This document shows, one piece after another, positions 1 to 10,077 of a DNA stretch of 40,227 nt (within the stretch, counting starts at the first letter, position 1; every line of letters begins with the position of its first letter). The position numbers and the translations under genes were made by a program. The DNA lies in assembly GCA_021845555.1 (NCBI GenBank), contig JAJZVS010000001.1, forward strand, positions 1 to 40,227, written 5' to 3'. Origin of the DNA: Pseudomonadota bacterium. Lineage in GTDB: Bacteria > Pseudomonadota > Alphaproteobacteria > Acetobacterales > Acetobacteraceae. The notes beneath the pieces are model-generated. The model did not search any database. It was not told the origin of the DNA and worked only from the letters and a program-made list of their open reading frames with translations.

Positions 1-421
1 CGATCACGAAGCGCGTGGCCTCGGCGCAGTCGTCGACCGCGGCGGGGAACGGATGCTCCGGCGCCATCCGGTAATCGACGGAAACCACCACGCAGCCGGC
101 CGCGTTGGCGAAGCGCCGGCACACCACGTCGTGCGAGTCGAGCCCGCCGAGCAGCCAGCCGCCGCCGTGGTAATAGACCAGCGCGGGTGCGCGTTCCCCG
201 ACGCCGGCCGGACGATAGAGGCGCAGCGGAATGTCCCCCAGCGGGCCGGGCGCGGACAAATTGCGTACCTCGGCCACCGGCTCGGGGTCGGGCTGCAACA
301 CCGCGCGGCTCTTCATGTAAGCCTCGCGCGCTTCGTTCGGGGTGAGTTGCTCGAACGGCGGCCGACCGGCCATCCGGATCATTTCGAGCACCAGGAGAAC
401 ATCGGGATCGAGCGTCGTCAT
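1..421 (-). CDS. alpha/beta hydrolase fold-3 (HSL-type) esterase/lipase, N-terminal ~140 codons; the gene continues past the window start
   Basis: Own translation of the minus strand from ATG at 421: MTTLDPDVLLVLEMIRMAGRPPFEQLTPNEAREAY...PALVYYHGGGWLLGGLDSHDVVCRRFANAAGCVVVSVDYRMAPEHPFPAAVDDC. It has the HGGGW oxyanion-hole motif and the DYRxAPEHxFP block typical of this family. It is absent from the ORF track because it runs off the edge. Confidence 0.75.
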   Translation of the reverse strand, partial: MTTLDPDVLLVLEMIRMAGRPPFEQLTPNEAREAYMKSRAVLQPDPEPVAEVRNLSAPGPLGDIPLRLYRPAGVGERAPALVYYHGGGWLLGGLDSHDVVCRRFANAAGCVVVSVDYRMAPEHPFPAAVDDCAEATRFVI

Positions 422-432
422 CGTTCGGTTTC

Positions 433-1230
433 CTATGCGGTCCAGCCGAGGATCGCCTCGGCCACCGCGTGCGGCTGGTCGAGTTCGGCAAGATGTCCGG
501 CGCCGTCGATCATGCGTACTTCCGTTTCGCCCTTGATCGCGGCGCGGAAGCGCTCGGCGTAGCTTGTCGGCATGATCCGGTCCTGTGTGCCCCACAGCAG
601 CAGCGTGGGGGCTGCGATCAGCGGCAGGCGCTTTTCCAGCCGCGTGTTGCCGAGCGGCCAGAAGATGCGCGCGGCGGCTTCGGCGGCGCGGGTCTGCTCG
701 ATCGGCCATTCGATCGAGTTTGCACCTTCCGGCATCGCCTTCAGCGCCTTCCAGATTTCTGGATCGGCGCACATCAGGCCGGGCACCGCGTCCGCCCGTT
801 GCGCCCAGGGATCGGTGGGCGGGTCCTTCTCCTCGAACAGGCCGAACGGCGCGATCAGCGCCAGCTTGCGCACGCTGGCGGGCCAGACCGCCGCCATCTC
901 GGCCGCTAGCGAGGCGCCGACCGAACTGCCCGCCAGATCGGCCCCCGTGAGGCCCGCCTGATCCAGGATCGCGCGCACCGCCAGCAGCCAGTCCAGATGC
1001 GTATCGAGCACGCCATGGCCGCGATCGCCGCCGGGAAACCCCGGCAGGGACGGCACGATGACGGTGCGCTGTGCGGCCAGCGCATCGAGGAACGGCACCC
1101 AGCGCGGCAGCCCCCCGAACCCGGCGAGGAAGCCGAGCCTCGGCCCGCTGCCCTTGCGCCAGACCCGGGTCGGGAAGCCGTTGATATCCATCGTCGTGGT
1201 TTCGGGTTCGCTCACCCTGCTCTCCAACAA
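433..1230 (-). CDS. alpha/beta hydrolase
   Basis: 265-aa ORF with a GSSVG nucleophile elbow (GxSxG) and a C-terminal DGAGHLAELDQP region typical of the alpha/beta fold. The listed start at 1230 is TTG. In-frame GTG 1215 (GGAGA 5 nt upstream) or ATG 1191 (MDINGFPTRVW) are alternative starts. The stop lies 12 nt before the esterase ATG. Confidence 0.8.
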   Translation of the reverse strand: MLESRVSEPETTTMDINGFPTRVWRKGSGPRLGFLAGFGGLPRWVPFLDALAAQRTVIVPSLPGFPGGDRGHGVLDTHLDWLLAVRAILDQAGLTGADLAGSSVGASLAAEMAAVWPASVRKLALIAPFGLFEEKDPPTDPWAQRADAVPGLMCADPEIWKALKAMPEGANSIEWPIEQTRAAEAAARIFWPLGNTRLEKRLPLIAAPTLLLWGTQDRIMPTSYAERFRAAIKGETEVRMIDGAGHLAELDQPHAVAEAILGWTA

Positions 1231-1258
1231 ATCGGCACGGAAGGGGTCGGGGCGCGGC

Positions 1259-2539
1259 CTATTCCGCCGCCAGTTTCGGCAGGAAGGCGGGAACCTCCGC
1301 CCGCTGCGCGGCCCCGATCGGCTGTGGCCACCAGCGGTCTTCCCATTCGCCGAACAGATCCTTCATGTTCGGCAGCACCTTGTCGGCGAACAGCTTGGTG
1401 TTGTAGCGGCACAGCTCTTTGCCCATGTTCCCGAACTGCAACAGCAGCATCAGGTGGCCGACGTTCAGGCTGCGCGCCACTTCGCGCAGCTGTTCCGTCA
1501 CTTCGTCGGGGGAGCCGATGATGACATAGCCGCGATCGACGATCGCATCCATCTCGCGCGCCACGGCCGCGAAACGGGTGCCGGTGGTGGAACCGATCGC
1601 GCCGGCGCCGGCCGCCTGCTGGATCTGGCTCTTGATGCCGGCTGCCTGGGTCGCCTCGGTGACGTAGCCGGGCGGCGTCGCCCAGCGAGGATCGACATGC
1701 AGGCAGCGGCCGTAGAAATACTCGGCGGCTTCCGAATACAGGTCGAAAGCGTGCTGGCGGCTCTCGCCGACGCCGACGAATTGCAGGAAGCCGGCGCGGT
1801 ACGGGTTGCGGTCCTTGCCGAGGCGGGACATCTCGTTCCAGAACCCGTCCATCAGCGCCTGCCCGGCCTTGTAGCCGTAGTAGGACAGGTAGCAATAGAC
1901 GTAGTCCATTTCGGCGCACCACTGCCAGGTCTCCACCGAACCGCCGCCGGGGATCCAGATCGGCGGATGCGGGCGCTGGATCGGGCGCGGCCAGATGTTC
2001 ACGTAGCGCTGCTGGTTGTAGCGGCCGTTGAAGGCGAAAGTGTCCTTCTCCTGCCAGGCGCGCATCACCAGGTCGTGCGCTTCGAGGTAGCGGGAGCGCA
2101 GTTGGCTCGGGTTGGTGCCGTAGGCGTAGCAGGTGTCCATCGGCGTGCCTACGGGGAAGCCGGCGATCAGCCGCCCGCCCGAGATCACGTCGATCATCGC
2201 GAATTCTTCCGCCACCCGCGTCGGCGGATTGTACAGCGCGAGCGAATTGCCCATCACGCAGATCGCGGTATCGGTGGTGCGCCGTGCCAGCGCCGAGGCG
2301 ATCAGGTTGGGCGAAGGCATCAGCCCGTAGCCGTTAGAATGGTGCTCGTTCACGCACACCGCGTCGAACCCGCACTGCGCGGCATATTCGAGCTCGTCCA
2401 TGAAGTCGTTGTACATGTGGTGGGCGCGCTTGGGGTCGAACAGCTTGGAGTGGATATCGACCCAGACGGACGGGTTGGTGTCGCGGAAATCGTCCGGCAG
2501 CTCGGTATAGGGCATCAGGTGGAACCACATGAGCTTCAT
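1259..2539 (-). CDS. LLM-class (luciferase-like) flavin-dependent oxidoreductase/monooxygenase
   Basis: 426 aa: MKLMWFHLMPY...CVNEHHSNGYGLMPSPNL...GGRLIAGFPVG...VIIGSPDEVTEQLREV, a typical luciferase-like monooxygenase pattern. GGAGG lies 9 nt upstream of ATG 2539. Confidence 0.85.
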   Translation of the reverse strand: MKLMWFHLMPYTELPDDFRDTNPSVWVDIHSKLFDPKRAHHMYNDFMDELEYAAQCGFDAVCVNEHHSNGYGLMPSPNLIASALARRTTDTAICVMGNSLALYNPPTRVAEEFAMIDVISGGRLIAGFPVGTPMDTCYAYGTNPSQLRSRYLEAHDLVMRAWQEKDTFAFNGRYNQQRYVNIWPRPIQRPHPPIWIPGGGSVETWQWCAEMDYVYCYLSYYGYKAGQALMDGFWNEMSRLGKDRNPYRAGFLQFVGVGESRQHAFDLYSEAAEYFYGRCLHVDPRWATPPGYVTEATQAAGIKSQIQQAAGAGAIGSTTGTRFAAVAREMDAIVDRGYVIIGSPDEVTEQLREVARSLNVGHLMLLLQFGNMGKELCRYNTKLFADKVLPNMKDLFGEWEDRWWPQPIGAAQRAEVPAFLPKLAAE

Positions 2540-2756
2540 GGACGCGGACCTCCGTTTGCTTGGCTTGGGGCGCGGGGCGGGCGCCGGTGTCAGCGTCGCC
2601 GCCGCGCATGCTGCTACCGGTGAGTAGCACGGCTGCCCCCGGCCGCGTCAACCGCCGAACCCGCGCGGGACGCCCCCCGCTGGACGCCCTGGGCCGGCCG
2701 CCGCAGTCTCGCGCCCCCGGACCGGGTCGGTCCGCAGCCTTCAGGGAGCGCCCGCC

Positions 2757-3524
2757 ATGGCTCTACGCATCGGGATTGCCGGCCTCACCGGCCGGATGGG
2801 GCGGCTGCTGGCCGAGGAGGTCCCCGCCGCCGGAGCGGCTCTGGTCGGCGGCACCTCCCGCTCCGGCGCCGCGCCGCCGCCCGGCGTGAAGGTGACGGAT
2901 CTCGCCAGCCTCGCCGCCGCGGCGGACGTGGTGATCGACTTCACCCATGCCTCGGCCGTGCAGGGCCATGCGGCGACGCTGGCCGCCGCCGGCACCGCCT
3001 GGGTGCTCGGCACGTCGGGCCTGTCGGCGGCCGACGAGGCGGCGGTGGCGGCGGCGGCCCGCACCATTCCGGTGGTCTATGCGGCGAATTTCTCCGCCGG
3101 GGTGAACCTGGTGCTGGCACTGGCCGAGCGTATGGCCGCGGCGCTGCCGGCCGAGAGCTACGACGCCGAAATCCTGGAGATGCACCATCGTCAGAAGGTG
3201 GACGCGCCGTCCGGCACCGCGATCGGCCTCGGCCGGGCGGTGGCACGCGGCCGCGGGGTGGCGCTGGAGGCGGTGATGGAAAGCGGGCGGGATGGCCATA
3301 CCGGCCCGCGCAAGCCCGGCGCCATCGGCTTCGCCGCCCTGCGCGGCGGCCAGGTGGTGGGCGAGCACACGCTGATCTTCGCCGCGGGGACCGAGCATAT
3401 CGCGCTGACCCATCGCGCCTTCGACCGGCGGACCTTCGCCACCGGCGCCGTGCGCGCCGCGCTGTGGGCCGCCGGCCGGACCCCGGGCCTCTATTCCATG
3501 CAGGACGTGCTCGGCATCGGCTGA
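2757..3524 (+). CDS. dapB: 4-hydroxy-tetrahydrodipicolinate reductase
   Basis: 255 aa: N-terminal [11 protein letters not shown] nucleotide-binding motif and the [18 protein letters not shown] DapB signature. AGGGAG lies 8 nt upstream of the ATG. Confidence 0.93.
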   Translation: MALRIGIAGLTGRMGRLLAEEVPAAGAALVGGTSRSGAAPPPGVKVTDLASLAAAADVVIDFTHASAVQGHAATLAAAGTAWVLGTSGLSAADEAAVAAAARTIPVVYAANFSAGVNLVLALAERMAAALPAESYDAEILEMHHRQKVDAPSGTAIGLGRAVARGRGVALEAVMESGRDGHTGPRKPGAIGFAALRGGQVVGEHTLIFAAGTEHIALTHRAFDRRTFATGAVRAALWAAGRTPGLYSMQDVLGIG

Positions 3525-3675
3525 ACCGGCCCCGACCCGCGCGGGCGGTTCTTGACCCTGGCAGGGGTTTCCGCCAATGAGGCCCGCCCCCGGCACCCGG
3601 CCGCGGGCGGCGGCCGGTCTGTCCGCGCCACCCCTTTCGTCACCTCCCAAGACACCGCGACAAGAGGCGAAATCC

Positions 3676-4863
<1,188 letters not shown>

Positions 4864-5554
4864 AGCCGCCGCCCGACCGGCTGTACGGCAGGGGGCGCGG
4901 CCACGCGCTGCGGCCCCGCCAGCATCTGCTGCTGGATGTCACCCTGCCGCGCCTGGAATTCCCCGCGACCGCGAGCGCCGATCCGGCCGCCGCCTTCGCG
5001 CCGCGCCCGCGCGCGCTGGCGCTGGAAGTGGGGTTCGGCGGCGGCGAGCACGCGCTGGCGCAGATCGCCGCCGACCCGGACACCGCGCTGATCGCCTGCG
5101 AGGTGTTCGAGAACGGCATCTGCTCGCTGCTGTCGCGCCTGGTCCCGGAGGGGGGCGAGGCGAGTGCGCCGCTGCCGGCGAACCTGCGCCTGTGGACCGA
5201 CGACGCACGGACCCTCCTGCGGTTGTTGCCGGACGCCTGCCTGGACCGGCTGTTCCTGCTGTTCCCTGACCCCTGGCCGAAGACGCGCCACGCCAAGCGC
5301 CGCTTCGTCCATCCCGCCGCGCTGCCCGACCTAGCGCGCGTGCTGCGCCCCGGCGCCGCGTGGCGGGTGGCCAGCGACGATCCGACCTATCAGGACTGGG
5401 TGACGGAGGTGATGGCGGCGCAGACGCTGTTCTGCGCGCCGCCGCCCGCCCGCGTGCGTCCCGCGGGCTGGCCGCCGACGCGCTATGAGGCAAAGGCCCT
5501 GCGCGCCGGGCGCACCCCGCGCTACTGGCAGTTCATCCGGCGGTAGCCGCCTTT

Positions 5555-5603
5555 ATACCGACCGCCGTTGACCCATGAAGGATGGGTCAACGGCGGTCGG
5601 TAT
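5555..5603. terminator. perfect 21-bp inverted repeat (7-nt loop) 9 nt after the trmB stop; terminator-like hairpin without a U-tract
   Basis: ATACCGACCGCCGTTGACCCA (5555-5575), tgaagga, TGGGTCAACGGCGGTCGGTAT (5583-5603). The arms are exact reverse complements by hand check. Confidence 0.5.
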
Positions 5604-5658
5604 GAGTCTCAGTCGGCGCGCGGCCGCCCCACCAACCCCCAGCGGCAACCCCGCGCGC

Positions 5659-5711
5659 GATACCAGCCGCCCCAAATACCGAATCTTCCGTTATTTCGGG
5701 CGGCTGGTATC
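5659..5711. repeat. perfect 14-bp inverted repeat with a 25-nt AT-rich loop, overlapping the stop codon of the 133-aa ORF
   Basis: GATACCAGCCGCCC (5659-5672) and GGGCGGCTGGTATC (5698-5711). The arms resemble those of the 5555-5603 hairpin (ATACCGACCGCC versus ATACCAGCCGCC). Confidence 0.6.
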
Positions 5712-6111
5712 ACTCGCCGGGTCGAACGGCGGTTCCGCTCTTGCCGAATGTCGGGGGGCCGGCAGCCGATTCCTCGTGGCCCCCGCAGACCTTGCGCAGC
5801 CGGGCGACCACGACACGGGCACGGTCCAGCGCCTCGTCGCTCGAGCGCCGGTTCTGGTTGTCGCTTTCCGGCCGGCGGGTCTGCATGAATTCGAGTACCT
5901 GCAGCAACTCCTCCGCGGTGTCCAGATCGCGGCTCATGCAGGCTTCCTCAAGCACGTCCTCGATCTTGTCGGACAGGCGCCGCCGGAGCGAGACGTACAT
6001 GCGGTTCATCCGCTCGGCGGGAACCCCGTTCCGGTCGCCGTGCAATCCCTGCGACGGATGCAGCCAGGACTTCTGCGCCGACAACCACGATCGAGTCTTT
6101 CCCATACTCAC
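5710..6111 (-). CDS. hypothetical protein (133 aa), no family recognised
   Basis: The ORF has high third-position GC through its middle. AGGGAGA lies 8 nt upstream of ATG 6111. Predicted helical acidic/basic core: MNRMYVSLRRRLSDKIEDVLEEACMSRDLDTAEELLQVLEFMQ. The flanks are lower in GC. Confidence 0.5.
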   Translation of the reverse strand: MSMGKTRSWLSAQKSWLHPSQGLHGDRNGVPAERMNRMYVSLRRRLSDKIEDVLEEACMSRDLDTAEELLQVLEFMQTRRPESDNQNRRSSDEALDRARVVVARLRKVCGGHEESAAGPPTFGKSGTAVRPGE

Positions 6112-6286
6112 GGTCTCCCTGGCACCTGCCTTCGGTCACGCCCGCCGGCCTCCTCCGATGGGGGGCCGGCACGGCCGGTCGGCAGGCTGCCGACACCTCG
6201 CCGCCAACGGCTGATGCCATTCCGGTGGTTACATCGCTGTTTCATCCCGTTCGTTCGATTTGGGGACGCGGAGGGGGCGCGAGCGG

Positions 6287-8332
6287 TCAGGCTTCCGGAA
6301 CGTTGGCTTCGAGCTCCGCCAACCAAGCCCGCGCGTTGCCGTCGGACGGCGCGCGCCAGTCCCCGCGCGGCGACAGCGCGCCGCCGGCCACCACCTTCGG
6401 CCCGTTCGGCAGCGCCGAGCGCTTGAACTGGCTGGTGGTGAAGAAACGAAACAGGAACTCGCGCAGCCAGCGACGGATCTCGGCCAACGTATAGGCGGTG
6501 CGGCGGGAGGCCGGGAAGCCGGGCGGCCAGTCCCCGCGCGCCGGGTCCTCCCAGGCGTGCAGCGCCAGGAAGGCGATCTTGGACGGGCGGAACCCGTGGC
6601 GCAGCGTGTAGAACAGCGCGAAATCCGCCAGCGCGTAGGGACCGACGCGTGCCTCGGTGCTCTGCGGCGCCTCGCCCGGCGCGGCGGGGATCAGTTCGGG
6701 GGAGATTTCCGTCTCCAGGATCGCGTCCAGCGTGTGCCCGGCGTCATCGCCGAAGCGCGCGCCGGCGACGACCCAGCGGATCAGGTGCTGGATCAGCGTC
6801 TTCGGCACGCCGGCGTTCACGTTGTAGTGCGACATCTGATCGCCCACGCCGTAGGTGCACCAGCCGAGCGCCAGTTCCGACAGATCGCCGGTGCCGATCA
6901 CGATGCCGTCGTTGTGGTTGGCGAGACGGAACAGGTAGTCGGTGCGCAGCCCCGCCTGCACGTTCTCGAAAGTGATGTCGTAGGTTGCGGCACCGGCGGC
7001 GTAGGGATGGCCGAGGTCTTCCAGCATGCGCAGCGCCGCCGGGCGGATGTCGAGTTCGGCCCAGGTGACGCCGAGCGCCGTCATCAGCGCGATGGCGTTG
7101 GCCTTGGTCGCGTCCCCGGTGGCGAAGCCCGGCATGGTGTAGGCCAGGATGTCGCTGCGCTTGCGGCCCAGCCGATCGAACGCCTGCGCGGTGACCAGCA
7201 GCGCCTGGGTGGAATCGAGGCCGCCGGAGACGCCGATCACCGCGCGCCTGATGCCTGCCGCTTCCAGCCGCTGCGCGAGCCCCGCCACCTGGATATTGTA
7301 GGCCTCGAAACAATCCTGTTCGAGCCGCGCGGGGTCGGACGGCACGAACGGGAAGCGCTCCACCACGCGCATCAGCCCGAGATCGCCGCGCGGCGGATCG
7401 AGCCGGAACGGGATGCGACGGAACGCCCTGGTGGCCTCGGCGTGGCCGCGCCGGTTGTCGTCGAAACTTCCCGCCCGCATGCGCTCCTGGCGCAGCAGAT
7501 CGAGATCGATATCGGCCAGCGCGATCCGCTCCCCGTCGGGGAAACGCTCCGTCTCGGCGAGCTTCACGCCGCTCTCGAAGATCGAGGCCTGGCCGTCCCA
7601 AGCGACATCGGTGGTGGATTCACCGGCGCCCGCGGCGGCATACAGATAGGCGCTGAGGCAGCGCACCGATTGCGACTGGCAGAGCAGCCGGCGGGTGTCG
7701 GCCTTGCCGATGGTGATCGGGCTGCCGGACAGATTGGCGAGCACCGACGCGCCGGCCAGCGCGGCGAGCGAACTGGGCGGCACCGGTACCCAGAGGTCCT
7801 CGCAGATCTCGGCGTGCACGATCAGGTCGGGCAGGTCCTCGGCGCCGAACAGCAGATCGGGGCCGAACGGCGCGGCATGGCCGGCCACGCGTGTCTCGGC
7901 GCCGTGCCAGCCCTCCCCGGCGGCGAACTGGCGCGGTTCGTAGAACTCCCGGTAGTTGGGGAGATAGGATTTCGGCACCACGCCGAGCAACCGGCCGCGG
8001 TGGATCGCCAGCGCGGTGTTGTAGACCCGCCCGTGGTGGCGCAGCGGCGCGCCGACCAGCAGCAGCGGGAGCAGAGTGCGGCTGGCCTCGATCAGCGCCG
8101 CGGCGGCGGCTTCCACCGCATCCAGCAGCGCGTCCGCCAGCCGCAGGTCGTCGATCGCGTAGGCAGAAAGCGCGAGTTCCGGAAACACCGCGAGCGCGGC
8201 GCCGCGGTCGTGGCAGGTGCGGGCGGCGTGCAGGATCGCCTCGGCATTGGCCGCCGGATCGGCGAGCGCGGCCTTCACCGTGCAGGCCGCGACGCGGGCG
8301 AAGCCGTGCCGGTAGAGCGAACGGAAGCTCAT
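6287..8332 (-). CDS. nadE: glutamine-dependent NAD+ synthase (long form, nitrilase-like domain plus synthetase domain)
   Basis: 681 aa: MSFRSLYRHGFARVAACT..., FPELALSAY, EICEDLW, SGGLDST and SQFKRSALPNGPKV blocks, collinear with long NadE as I remember it. Confidence 0.93.
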   Translation of the reverse strand: MSFRSLYRHGFARVAACTVKAALADPAANAEAILHAARTCHDRGAALAVFPELALSAYAIDDLRLADALLDAVEAAAAALIEASRTLLPLLLVGAPLRHHGRVYNTALAIHRGRLLGVVPKSYLPNYREFYEPRQFAAGEGWHGAETRVAGHAAPFGPDLLFGAEDLPDLIVHAEICEDLWVPVPPSSLAALAGASVLANLSGSPITIGKADTRRLLCQSQSVRCLSAYLYAAAGAGESTTDVAWDGQASIFESGVKLAETERFPDGERIALADIDLDLLRQERMRAGSFDDNRRGHAEATRAFRRIPFRLDPPRGDLGLMRVVERFPFVPSDPARLEQDCFEAYNIQVAGLAQRLEAAGIRRAVIGVSGGLDSTQALLVTAQAFDRLGRKRSDILAYTMPGFATGDATKANAIALMTALGVTWAELDIRPAALRMLEDLGHPYAAGAATYDITFENVQAGLRTDYLFRLANHNDGIVIGTGDLSELALGWCTYGVGDQMSHYNVNAGVPKTLIQHLIRWVVAGARFGDDAGHTLDAILETEISPELIPAAPGEAPQSTEARVGPYALADFALFYTLRHGFRPSKIAFLALHAWEDPARGDWPPGFPASRRTAYTLAEIRRWLREFLFRFFTTSQFKRSALPNGPKVVAGGALSPRGDWRAPSDGNARAWLAELEANVPEA

Positions 8333-8361
8333 GCGGTCCAGCCGCGATCGGAGGTCGACAT
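8329..8361 (-). CDS. possible 10-codon upstream ORF (MSTSDRGWTA) whose stop overlaps the nadE start (ATGA)
   Basis: AAGGA lies 7 nt upstream of ATG 8361, whereas nadE ATG 8332 has no SD of its own. Read by hand; it is too short for the ORF track. Confidence 0.25.
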   Translation of the reverse strand: MSTSDRGWTA

Positions 8362-8374
8362 GCTGCTTTCCTTC

Positions 8375-9493
8375 TCAGTCCGCCACGACGGTTGCGGCCG
8401 GCACGACCGCGATCCCCAGCGCCTCACCCACCGCCGGGTGAACCAGCGTCCCGGCATGCAACGCGAGGCCCGCGCGCAGATGCGCGTCATCGCCCAGCGC
8501 CCGCCGCCAGCCCTTGCCTGCCAGGGCCGCCACGAACGGCAAGGTAGCGTTGGTCAGCGCGAGGGTGGAGGTGCGCGCGACCGCGCCCGGCATGTTGGTC
8601 ACGCAATAATGCACCACGCCTTCGTCCACATAGGTGGGCGCGGCATGGGTGGTCGGGCGCGAGGTGGCGAAGCAGCCGCCCTGGTCGATGGCGATATCGA
8701 CCAGCACCGAACCCGGCCGCATCGCGCGCACCATCTCGCGCGAGACCAGCTTCGGCGCCGCCGCGCCGGGCACCAGCACCGCGCCGATCACCAGATCGGC
8801 GGCCCGCACCGCCTGCTCGATCGTTTCGGTGGTCGAGAACAACGTGGTGGCGCGGGCGCCGAATTGCAGGTCGAGCGCGTAAAGACGCGGCAGGGATTTG
8901 TCGATGATGGTGACGGAGGCTTCGAGCCCCGCCGCCATGCGCGCCGCGTTGGTGCCGGCCACGCCGCCGCCGAGCACCACCACCTTGGCCGGCGCCACGC
9001 CCGGCACGCCGCCAAGGAGAATGCCCGCGCCGCCCTGCTCGCGCTCCAGGCAGTGCGCGCCGACCTGCACCGCCATCCGTCCCGCGACCTCGCTCATCGG
9101 CGCCAGCAACGGCAGGGAACCGCGCGCGTCGGTGACGGTCTCGTAGGCGATCGCGGTGACGCCGGAGGCGAGCAGCGCTTCGGTCTGCGCCCGGTCGGCG
9201 GCCAGATGCAGGTAGGTGAACAGCACCTGGCCGGGGTGCAGCCGGGCGATCTCGACCGGTTGTGGCTCCTTGACCTTCACGATCAGCTCGGCGTCGGCGA
9301 ACACCGCGGCGGCATCGGCGAGGATGGTGGCGCCGGCGGCCTGGTAGGCCGCATCCGGGATGCCAATCCCGCCGGCGGCGCCGTGTTCCACCAGTACCGC
9401 GTGGCCGTGCGCCACCAGTTCGCGCACGCCCGCCGGCGTCAGGCCGACGCGGGATTCCTCGGTCTTGATCTCCTTCGGCACGCCGATGCGCAC
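8375..9493 (-). CDS. ald: alanine dehydrogenase
   Basis: 372 aa: (M)[19 protein letters not shown] and a [14 protein letters not shown] Rossmann motif. GTG start at 9493 with AGGAGG 5 nt upstream. Confidence 0.93.
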   Translation of the reverse strand: MRIGVPKEIKTEESRVGLTPAGVRELVAHGHAVLVEHGAAGGIGIPDAAYQAAGATILADAAAVFADAELIVKVKEPQPVEIARLHPGQVLFTYLHLAADRAQTEALLASGVTAIAYETVTDARGSLPLLAPMSEVAGRMAVQVGAHCLEREQGGAGILLGGVPGVAPAKVVVLGGGVAGTNAARMAAGLEASVTIIDKSLPRLYALDLQFGARATTLFSTTETIEQAVRAADLVIGAVLVPGAAAPKLVSREMVRAMRPGSVLVDIAIDQGGCFATSRPTTHAAPTYVDEGVVHYCVTNMPGAVARTSTLALTNATLPFVAALAGKGWRRALGDDAHLRAGLALHAGTLVHPAVGEALGIAVVPAATVVAD

Positions 9494-9515
9494 GGGAACC
9501 TCCTGGGTCGGGCGG

Positions 9516-10064
9516 TCAGGCCGGCAGCGGGAACTGCCGCAGATAGGGCATGTAGTCCTCCTCGACCTCGATTTGCAGGCTCCCCAGCACGCGCACCACG
9601 CCGCAATAGAACGAGATGGTGACGATCAGGTCCACCAGCAGTTCGGCGTCGAACGCGGCGGCCAGCGTCGCGTAGGTGGCATCCGTCACCGCGCCCGCCG
9701 CGGTGATCTCCCGCGCCGCGAGCAGCACGGTCCGCGCGAGCGGATCGAGCGCCGAGCCGCGTCCCTCGGTTTCCGCGATCAGCGCGCGGATGTCGTCGTC
9801 ACTGACGCCGAAATCATGGCCGATCTTGATATGGTGCGACCATTCGTACGGCGCGCGCGCCAGATACCCCACCTGCAGGATCGCCAGTTCGCGCAGCCGC
9901 GGATCGAGCTTGCTGCCGTGGCGGATATAGTGACCGAGCGCGGAAAACGCCCGTAGCGCGCCGGGCGAGTTGATCAGCGCCTTGTGCAGCGCGATCGGCC
10001 GGGCGAGCAGATCGCGGTGCTCGGCCGCCACGTCGGTGGGACCGAGGGAGGGAACACGGGCCAT
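9516..10064 (-). CDS. carboxymuconolactone decarboxylase (AhpD-like) family protein
   Basis: MARVPSLGPTD... and ELAILQVGYLARAPYEWSHHIKIG, the CMD-family pattern. I prefer ATG 10064 (GGAG 8 nt upstream) over the track's GTG 10073. Confidence 0.82.
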   Translation of the reverse strand: MARVPSLGPTDVAAEHRDLLARPIALHKALINSPGALRAFSALGHYIRHGSKLDPRLRELAILQVGYLARAPYEWSHHIKIGHDFGVSDDDIRALIAETEGRGSALDPLARTVLLAAREITAAGAVTDATYATLAAAFDAELLVDLIVTISFYCGVVRVLGSLQIEVEEDYMPYLRQFPLPA

Positions 10065-10077
10065 CGGGCGCACTCCG

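Noticed and set aside
3525-3675. Possible SAM-responsive riboswitch in the metK leader
   Set aside because: I could not find the conserved cores of SAM-II or SAM/SAH as I remember them (for example AAAGC or CAACGGC). Only a weak CCTC/GAGG SD-pairing possibility is present. A covariance-model scan would be needed.
6121-6135. TGGCAC-N5-TTCG on the plus strand (sigma-54-like)
   Set aside because: The -12 element is wrong (TTCG) and the spacing is off. There is no plus-strand gene downstream, since it points into antisense nadE.
6260-9622. 1120-aa ORF on the plus strand
   Set aside because: It is entirely antisense to clearly recognisable nadE and ald. Its Arg/Gly/Ala-rich low-complexity translation is typical of stop-free antisense frames in very GC-rich DNA.
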